7,144 bases of DNA from Halalkalibacterium halodurans. Its GTDB lineage: Bacteria > Bacillota > Bacilli > Bacillales > Bacillaceae_D. Numbering within the stretch: the first letter of the stretch is position 1; each line of letters opens with the position of its first letter. A program made the translations under genes and the position numbers. Below are positions 1 through 4,538 of the stretch, piece by piece. Under the pieces are notes generated by a model. It did no database searches and was not told the origin of the DNA. It saw only the letters and a program-made list of their open reading frames with translations. The DNA is taken from contig NZ_SNUY01000028.1 in NCBI RefSeq assembly GCF_004376175.1, forward strand, positions 1 to 7,144, given 5' to 3'.

Positions 1-410
1 GCCGCCAATTGATCAAACCGGCGCATGGCAGTTGTCACGGACGTTTGGAATTGATTCGCTGTGTCCGTAAAGTTCTTCCCTTGAATGAGCCGTAAGCGAA
101 ACGCTTGATTCCATTCCACTGTCTGACGCTGATATCGCTCTACAAAACAGGCTTTCTCCGCAAACCGCTTCCCGCATCTGCACGCGTACCGGCGCTTTCG
201 ATAGAATAGATACACCCACCGTTCAAAGAGCTTGAGATGTTGAACTTTTTGGATGCGGTAATCATGGATTCTCTCGGTTCTCTCCCCGCAGGATGGGCAA
301 CGATGAGGCGTTCGCGGCATTTCTACATGGAGCGCGATAAAGCCCTCTCGTTCCTCCATCTTTGTGACCTTCACACCTTTTAATCCGGGCAAATTCATGG
401 TAAAATTCAT
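1..410 (-). CDS. ISL3-family transposase, N-terminal 136 codons (truncated by the window edge)
   Basis: My translation of the minus strand from the ATG at 410 has no stops to position 1: MNFTMNLPGLKGVKVTKMEEREGFIALHVEMPRTPHRCPSCGERTERIHDYRIQKVQHLKLFERWVYLFYRKRRYACRCGKRFAEKACFVERYQRQTVEWNQAFRLRLIQGKNFTDTANQFQTSVTTAMRRFDQLA. The pattern LPGLKG..CPxCG..IHDYR..RRYxCxCGKRF is the zinc-finger/HTH N-terminus of ISL3 transposases. GGAG lies 11 nt upstream of the ATG. The ORF track misses it because the ORF is open at the window edge. Confidence 0.85.
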   Translation of the reverse strand, partial: MNFTMNLPGLKGVKVTKMEEREGFIALHVEMPRTPHRCPSCGERTERIHDYRIQKVQHLKLFERWVYLFYRKRRYACRCGKRFAEKACFVERYQRQTVEWNQAFRLRLIQGKNFTDTANQFQTSVTTAMRRFDQLA

Positions 411-531
411 CGTACACGCAGCTCCTATCCTTTCTTTGTTTCTCGGCAATTCAAGGATAATGGATAAAGGAGCCTGCGTGCATTTTTTTTGCCCTCTTTT
501 GTGCAAAAACCCCAACATTTATTGTAGAGCC
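1..531 (-). mobile_element. ISL3-family insertion sequence, partial; the element continues past the left window edge, and this is the end upstream of the transposase start
   Basis: It contains the ISL3 transposase N-terminus. On the minus strand, the sequence upstream of the ATG begins with GGCTCTACAATAAATGTTGGGG (reverse complement of ~510..531), which matches the GGCTCT.. start typical of ISL3 terminal inverted repeats. Local GC is about 50% or more in the first 60 nt, above the neighbouring genes. The terminus at 531 is inferred and the partner inverted repeat is not visible. Confidence 0.7.
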
Positions 532-540
532 GTTTTAATA

Positions 541-582
541 AGACAAAAATCCCCTTTCCCATTGAAGGAAGGGGGATTTTAT
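541..582 (-). terminator. Rho-independent terminator of the sufA-like gene (hairpin readable on both strands)
   Basis: Positions 546-559 pair with 567-580 to give a 14-bp stem (AAAATCCCCTTTCC / GGAAGGGGGATTTT) with one non-Watson-Crick position and a 7-nt loop. It starts 2 nt after the TAA at 583-585. On the minus strand it is followed by TTTTTGTCTTATT. Confidence 0.75.
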
Positions 583-936
583 TTAGCAATCTTCAGGCGT
601 TCCTGCGTTGGTAGCTGTTCGAAATGATGTGCCACAACCACATGTAGCAATGGCGTTCGGATTATCAATCGTAAATCCGCCACCCATCATGTTTTGTTTG
701 TAATCAATGACAACATCTTTTAATATGGGTCCACTTTCATTATCAATTAAAACAGACAAGCCATTAATTTCGTGGAGCGTGTCATCTTCTGTCTGTTCAT
801 TATCAAACCCCATGCCATAGGAAAGACCGCTACAGCCTCCACCTTTTACACCTACACGTAGCTTAAGGCCTTCTTCGCCTTCTTCTTTCATCATTTCTTT
901 AATGCGATTGACTGCCGCATCAGTAATTTTAATCAT
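583..936 (-). CDS. sufA: A-type iron-sulfur cluster carrier (HesB/IscA/SufA family), 117 aa
   Basis: The protein is MIKITDAAVNRIKEMM...GGGCSGLSYG...ATCGCGTSF, which carries the C-X(n)-C-G-C cysteine signature of A-type carriers. I prefer the start at ATG 936, because AGGAGGG lies 6-7 nt upstream (reverse complement of 943-950), over the track start at 969, which adds 11 aa and has no SD. Confidence 0.9.
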   Translation of the reverse strand: MIKITDAAVNRIKEMMKEEGEEGLKLRVGVKGGGCSGLSYGMGFDNEQTEDDTLHEINGLSVLIDNESGPILKDVVIDYKQNMMGGGFTIDNPNAIATCGCGTSFRTATNAGTPEDC

Positions 937-991
937 CACGTTCCCTCCTAACGAAACAGGATGAATCATTCAATGAAGTTGCATCACAGCC

Positions 992-1021
992 AGTATACCC
1001 TCTTTTTAGCTCGCCTCACAA
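992..1021 (-). promoter_or_regulatory. Candidate sigma-A promoter for the sufA-like gene
   Basis: On the minus strand I read TTGTGA (1016-1021), an 18-bp spacer, then TATACT (992-997), about 50 nt upstream of the start codon. This is a motif match only. Confidence 0.35.
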
Positions 1022-1040
1022 GAAACCTGCTCATAAACGA

Positions 1041-1247
1041 TTATAATGAATGGGATTCCCAATAATCTATATTCTTTCCATCAAGTCGTAACATAATGTT
1101 ATGGGCTTGGTCTAACTCCTGACTATATTGTAACACAAGGGGGTGATTGAGCCCATACTTCTTAGCTGCATCCATCATCTTCTCCCGCAGATATTCTATT
1201 TTCTGAATACAGGCATCTGCTGTTAAAGTTCTTGACACATCCCTCAC
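1041..1247 (-). CDS. Spo0E-family aspartyl-phosphate phosphatase (sporulation regulator), about 65-68 aa
   Basis: IQKIEYLREKMMDAAKKYGLNHPLVLQYSQELDQAHNIM contains the SQELD signature and helical layout shared by Spo0E, YisI and YnzD. The start is GTG 1247 (GGTGGAG 9 nt upstream) or GTG 1238, preceded by GGGGGTGAGGGA. The exact start is uncertain. Confidence 0.8.
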   Translation of the reverse strand: MRDVSRTLTADACIQKIEYLREKMMDAAKKYGLNHPLVLQYSQELDQAHNIMLRLDGKNIDYWESHSL

Positions 1248-1403
1248 CCCCTATTTCTCCACCAAATGTTTTCCAATGTCTGTATATATAAAATATTTTA
1301 CCCAATATTGTTTGTACATGCAATCCTTATGCCTGCATTTCATTAACGGATAAAAAAGTCGTTTATTATGTAAAGAGGCTAAATTACGCACTCTCAGTTT
1401 AAC

Positions 1404-1432
1404 ATTATACTGTTATTCGGTTTTTTTGGCAA
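1404..1432 (-). promoter_or_regulatory. Strong sigma-A-like promoter facing the Spo0E-like gene
   Basis: On the minus strand I read TTGCCA (1427-1432), an exact 17-bp spacer, then TATAAT (1404-1409). The predicted TSS is near 1397, giving a leader of roughly 150 nt before the start codon. Confidence 0.5.
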
Positions 1433-1530
1433 GTGATACATTTTTTAGGCCGATCGACCATTCATCTCCTTATCTTTTTTATAGGTGGAAAGATAGCATC
1501 CTCTTTCTTTTTTTCTCTTTTCTCTGATAG

Positions 1531-1536
1531 TATAAT
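1531..1536 (+). promoter_or_regulatory. Possible -10 element (TATAAT) for the radical SAM gene
   Basis: A perfect TATAAT lies 85 nt upstream of ATG 1621 and follows a T-rich tract. There is no convincing -35 and no TGn extension. The GGAGGTG SD is at 1610-1616. Confidence 0.2.
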
Positions 1537-1620
1537 AGGAGAATGCCTTTTCCTATGTTATGGAAAGCGATGTTTGAATAGATAGAAGTACAGAACGAGT
1601 TTTCGTCATGGAGGTGCAAG

Positions 1621-2715
1621 ATGGGAATTATATTAACGGATACGAAGCTCCAGGAAATCCAAGAGAAAGTAGAGCACGGTGAACGGTTAACGATTGAGGA
1701 TGGTCTATACTTATATGAAACCTCAGACCTGCTAGGAGTAGCCCAGCTAGCCAATAAAGTAAACAGTGAAAAAAACGGCGATCATGTGTACTTTATTGAA
1801 AATATGTACATCAACCCGACAAATGTCTGTGAAGCAAACTGTTCATTCTGTGGATTTAAGCGCAAACCCGGCCAAGAAGGTGCTTACACGATGGATAGCG
1901 AAACCCTGTTACGCTATGTAGAAGAGCGCTGGAACGATAACATTCGCGAGTTTCACATTGTCGGCGGCCATAACACAGATGTTCCGTTCGATTATTATTT
2001 GGATACGATTCGCACTCTAAAAAAGAATTTTCCACAAGTAACAGTTAAAGCGTATACAGGGGCAGAAATTGAATTTTTCTCACGCTTGGCGGGAATTAGT
2101 ATGAAGGAAGTGCTAGAAGAGTTAATCAAAGCCGGTCTTGATACTCTGCCTGGCGGGGGAGCGGAAATTTTAACCGAGCGATACCGAGCAAAAATGAGCC
2201 CTGATAAAGCTTCAACTGACCAATGGCTAGAAGCTCACGAAATTGCCCATGGGCTAGGGTTAAAAACCCATGCCACGATGCTGTATGGATCGATCGAATC
2301 GAATGAAGAGCGCTTGATCCATATGGACCGCGTTCGTCAGCTTCAAGATAAGACAAACGGCTACATGGTCTTCATCCCATTAGCGATGCAACCACGTAGT
2401 GTCAAGGCTGGACTTAAACGACGCACCTCTGCATTTGATGATATGCGCACGATTGCCATTAGTCGTCTAATGCTTGACAATATCGATCACATTAAAGCGT
2501 ATTGGATTAACATTGGCGTGCAACTGACACAAATGGCGCTCACCTTCGGATCTGATGACATTCACGGTACCCTTATCGAGGAACGCATTTCTCACTCTGT
2601 TGGTGCATTAACGTCACAGGGGATTACCCGTGATGAGCTGATCCACTTAATCAAAAGCGCGAATAAAACTCCTGTCGAACGGGATACATTTTATAATATC
2701 ATTAAGACGTATTAA
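1621..2715 (+). CDS. Radical SAM enzyme of the MqnE/MqnC/CofH (futalosine-pathway / F0-synthase-like) clade, 364 aa
   Basis: INPTNVCEANCSFCGF provides the CxxxCxxC 4Fe-4S/SAM motif in the same N-terminal position as in MqnE and MqnC. Downstream blocks (EFHIVGG, KAYTGAEIEF, AGLDTLPGGGAEIL, ATMLYGSIES..ER, LQDKTNGYMVFIPL) match the conserved blocks of this clade as I recall them. The GGAGG SD lies 6 nt before the ATG. I cannot assign it to a subfamily by eye. Confidence 0.9.
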   Translation: MGIILTDTKLQEIQEKVEHGERLTIEDGLYLYETSDLLGVAQLANKVNSEKNGDHVYFIENMYINPTNVCEANCSFCGFKRKPGQEGAYTMDSETLLRYVEERWNDNIREFHIVGGHNTDVPFDYYLDTIRTLKKNFPQVTVKAYTGAEIEFFSRLAGISMKEVLEELIKAGLDTLPGGGAEILTERYRAKMSPDKASTDQWLEAHEIAHGLGLKTHATMLYGSIESNEERLIHMDRVRQLQDKTNGYMVFIPLAMQPRSVKAGLKRRTSAFDDMRTIAISRLMLDNIDHIKAYWINIGVQLTQMALTFGSDDIHGTLIEERISHSVGALTSQGITRDELIHLIKSANKTPVERDTFYNIIKTY

Positions 2716-2743
2716 TTATAAAAAGCGCAAACCATTATTAAAA

Positions 2744-2800
2744 ACGTAGCGACCGTACTAATGCATTCGTAGGTGCTCTCGGCAAGTCGCCTCGTTTTTG
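2744..2800 (+). terminator. Possible complex terminator or structured 3' element after the radical SAM gene
   Basis: ACGtaGCGAC (2744-2753) pairs with GTCGCctCGT (2787-2796) at 8 of 10 positions, followed by TTTT. The enclosed 33 nt contain the near-palindrome TACTAATGCATTCGTA. The large loop makes this atypical. Confidence 0.3.
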
Positions 2801-2860
2801 GCAGATTGCGCTAGACATTTCTAGTTATGCTTTCTTTACATGTTATTAGTCTTTTGCAAA

Positions 2861-2893
2861 AAAAAGCCGATCCTTTAAGGAAATCGGCTTTTC
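2861..2893. terminator. Bidirectional rho-independent terminator between the convergent radical SAM and dapF genes
   Basis: AAAGCCGAT (2863-2871) pairs with ATCGGCTTT (2883-2891). An A-run lies upstream and a T-run downstream. The hairpin ends 10 nt from the dapF stop at 2901-2903. Confidence 0.8.
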
Positions 2894-2900
2894 TAATTTT

Positions 2901-3761
2901 CTAATATGATAAACTTTTTACATACGTGCCTTCACAGATTGTTTCCGCTGCACCAGTCATGAGCACATCGCCATTTTCTAACCAACTGATCGTTAAATCA
3001 CCGCCTAACAAATGAACGATGACCTCCTTGCCTTTCTGCGTAAATCCATTGAGTACGCTTGCCACTACGGCAGCGCACGCCCCCGTTCCACATGCTTGAG
3101 TAATACCAGATCCCCGTTCCCAAACACGAAAATGAATTTCTGTAGGACTAACCACTTGAACAAATTCTACGTTTACCCAATCCGGGAAAGCTTCATGCTT
3201 CTCTAAGAGCGGCCCTACTTGTTCCACTGGAGCGTCTTCAATCGTATCGACAAACAGGATCGCGTGCGGATTGCCCATCGATACAGCGGTCAATCTGTAT
3301 TCCCTTTCACCAATTGTAAATGGTTCAGCCACAACTTCTGCCGCCTCTTCACCAAGCATTGGGATTTGAGCACGGCGTAGCCTTGGCTCCCCCATATTCA
3401 CGGTCACCGTGTCTACCAACCCGTTGTCATTCGGATGCACAGTGGCTTTCACGAGACCTCCTAATGTTTCCACGTCGAAGGACGTTTCCTTTACATACCC
3501 GTGTTCAAATGCAAATTTTGCGACACATCTAAGACCATTTCCGCAATTTTTTGCTTCTGAACCATCATTGTTAAAGACTCTCATTTTCACAGGGGCACGG
3601 TCTGAGGGGCAAATGAGGATCATTCCGTCAGAGCCAATTCCTTTATTTTTATCGGCAACAGCCACCGCTAAAGCGGGAAGCTCTTCTTCTTTTAACGTCT
3701 CTTTAAAGCAATCAACGTAAATGTAACTATTTCCAAGTCCGTGCATTTTCGTAAATTTCAT
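2901..3761 (-). CDS. dapF: Diaminopimelate epimerase, 286 aa
   Basis: The N-terminus is [17 protein letters not shown]. Both catalytic cysteine motifs are present (NCGNGLRC and ACGTGACA). I prefer ATG 3761, with GAGGAAG 4-6 nt upstream, over the track start at 3797, which would overlap the upstream gene and add 12 non-conserved residues. Confidence 0.95.
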   Translation of the reverse strand: MKFTKMHGLGNSYIYVDCFKETLKEEELPALAVAVADKNKGIGSDGMILICPSDRAPVKMRVFNNDGSEAKNCGNGLRCVAKFAFEHGYVKETSFDVETLGGLVKATVHPNDNGLVDTVTVNMGEPRLRRAQIPMLGEEAAEVVAEPFTIGEREYRLTAVSMGNPHAILFVDTIEDAPVEQVGPLLEKHEAFPDWVNVEFVQVVSPTEIHFRVWERGSGITQACGTGACAAVVASVLNGFTQKGKEVIVHLLGGDLTISWLENGDVLMTGAAETICEGTYVKSLSY

Positions 3762-3769
3762 CGTCTTCC

Positions 3770-4009
3770 TCACTTTCGCAACGCTTGATTCGTCCACAAA
3801 TAATCGTCATCAGCTTCCAATACTGTTAATCTCCCCCGACAACAAGGAAGATTGATCGATACTTTTACACCTTCTTTTGCAAGCTCTAACGCCTCAAGGC
3901 TCATCGACGTTAGGACATGCCTTTCGCCACAAAACGGGCACTCATCGAAATAAATATCACCTGACATCCGCTCATACGGCCATGTGTTTTCAAATGGGAT
4001 TACATCCAT
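3770..4009 (-). CDS. Small uncharacterized 4-Cys (CxxC...CC) protein, 79 aa, coupled to dapF
   Basis: [79 protein letters not shown]. The stop at 3770-3772 is 8 nt upstream of the dapF ATG, and the dapF SD lies inside its last codons. I prefer ATG 4009 (GGTGGA upstream). The track's GTG at 4051 has no SD, and its first codons coincide with a TATAAT box. I do not recognise the family. Confidence 0.65.
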   Translation of the reverse strand: MDVIPFENTWPYERMSGDIYFDECPFCGERHVLTSMSLEALELAKEGVKVSINLPCCRGRLTVLEADDDYLWTNQALRK

Positions 4010-4042
4010 AACGTCCACCACTTTTTTCTGTGATTTACCGTC

Positions 4043-4048
4043 ATTATA
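4043..4048 (-). promoter_or_regulatory. Candidate -10 box (TATAAT) for the small-protein/dapF operon
   Basis: On the minus strand I read GGTGTATAATGAC. The hexamer is perfect and lies 33 nt upstream of ATG 4009, just downstream of the yuzB terminator. The -35 is weak (CTGTTC). Confidence 0.35.
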
Positions 4049-4076
4049 CACCGTTTACCGATAAAGAACAGTAGAA

Positions 4077-4105
4077 AAGCAGATACTAATCTTTAGCATC
4101 TGCTT
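4077..4105 (-). terminator. Rho-independent terminator after yuzB
   Basis: AAGCAGAT (4077-4084) pairs with ATCTGCTT (4098-4105) around a 13-nt loop. On the minus strand the hairpin is followed by TTTTCTACTGTTCTTT. It begins 6 nt after the yuzB stop. Confidence 0.55.
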
Positions 4106-4111
4106 ACACGA

Positions 4112-4348
4112 TTAAAACATTGGGTTTTCATCCAAATAATGATAAATATTTTCCACCAATTGTTCATTGGTTTCGCCGGACACATATTCCCCATTTACAA
4201 GCGCAAATTTATCGTTGGCACAGCTACCGCAATGGCTTAAACATCCGTACTCAATAATATCAAGATTCGGATCTTTTTCTAACTCTTCCATCGCTTTCTG
4301 TGTACCGCTTGCTAAATTGCTTAAACAAAACTCAATAATTGGGCGCAT
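4112..4348 (-). CDS. yuzB: YuzB family protein (UPF0349/DUF1450), 78 aa, Cys-rich
   Basis: [15 protein letters not shown]...[27 protein letters not shown]...ENIYHYL resembles B. subtilis YuzB as I recall it (EFCLSN, EYGCL.HCG.C, ALVNG). The SD GAGAGGTGAG precedes the ATG. Confidence 0.85.
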   Translation of the reverse strand: MRPIIEFCLSNLASGTQKAMEELEKDPNLDIIEYGCLSHCGSCANDKFALVNGEYVSGETNEQLVENIYHYLDENPMF

Positions 4349-4372
4349 GGTTTCTCACCTCTCTATGTTGAT

Positions 4373-4401
4373 ATCCTAATCGTTGCGAGCAAAGAAGTCA
4401 A
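4373..4401 (-). promoter_or_regulatory. Candidate sigma-A promoter for yuzB
   Basis: On the minus strand I read TTGACT (4396-4401), a 17-bp spacer, then TAGGAT (4373-4378). This predicts a short leader of about 17 nt that contains the SD. Confidence 0.45.
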
Positions 4402-4447
4402 TTTTAATTCAGAAACGTCATTTGTTCAGAAACCTTTCGAAAAATTG

Positions 4448-4476
4448 TTGTGATTTTGCCACATTATCGTTATAAT
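4448..4476 (+). promoter_or_regulatory. Sigma-A-like promoter for the TetR-NDH-2 ORF
   Basis: TTGTGA (4448-4453), an exact 17-bp spacer, then TATAAT (4471-4476). It lies 62 nt upstream of ATG 4539. Confidence 0.6.
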
Positions 4477-4488
4477 CAGAACTGGAAT

Positions 4489-4502
4489 ATGACCGTGGTC
4501 AT
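4489..4502. promoter_or_regulatory. Candidate TetR-type operator: palindrome ATGACC-GT-GGTCAT
   Basis: Two perfect 6-bp inverted arms are separated by 2 bp, with a partial AA/TT extension. The site lies 13-26 nt downstream of the -10 box, so it covers the predicted TSS and early leader of the gene encoding the TetR domain. This is the classic position for an autoregulatory repressor site. Confidence 0.5.
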
Positions 4503-4538
4503 TTTTTGACTGAGTTCAGGTATGGAGAGGAGCCGAAT

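Noticed and set aside
13-219. 68-aa minus-strand ORF from the track
   Set aside because: It is an alternative frame within the ISL3 transposase coding region. The frame starting at 410 gives a recognisable ISL3 N-terminus with no stops, so this ORF is a shadow.
364-627. 87-aa plus-strand ORF from the track
   Set aside because: It starts at GTG inside the ISL3 transposase start region, runs through the IS end and the sufA terminator hairpin, and overlaps the 3' end of sufA. It has no SD and a low-complexity, non-protein-like sequence.
937-969. N-terminal extensions in the track ORFs (969 for sufA, 3797 for dapF, 4051 for the small protein, 4506 for the TetR fusion, 6638 for yutI)
   Set aside because: In each case a downstream start has a proper SD at 5-10 nt and restores the conserved family N-terminus. 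The extension overlaps an upstream gene, a promoter or a leader.
1248-1620. Riboswitch or T-box in the 373-bp intergenic region upstream of the radical SAM gene, or an L-box near dapF
   Set aside because: I could not find conserved cores of the SAM, lysine, T-box or other familiar leaders. Only short AT-rich hairpins are present (for example TATCTTT/AAAGATA at 1471-1495), and these are expected by chance. A covariance-model scan would be needed to exclude this fully.
1479-1754. 91-aa minus-strand ORF spanning the start of the radical SAM gene
   Set aside because: It is antisense to a well-supported CDS and its promoter and SD region. Its C-terminal half is low complexity (translated from the T/C-rich tract). 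It has no SD and no recognisable family.
1041-2715. Possibility that the radical SAM gene and the adjacent small ORF form a RiPP (sactipeptide/ranthipeptide-like) maturase-precursor pair
   Set aside because: The enzyme has MqnE/CofH-type architecture with no additional C-terminal Cys-rich (SPASM/twitch) region. The small neighbour is a clear Spo0E-family protein, transcribed divergently, and not a Cys-rich leader-core peptide.
2738-2818. 26-aa minus-strand ORF (MSSAICQKRGDLPRAPTNALVRSLRF) in the convergent intergenic region
   Set aside because: It has no SD and sits between two convergent genes upstream of nothing. It coincides with the inverted-repeat patch, which explains the sequence better as RNA/DNA structure.
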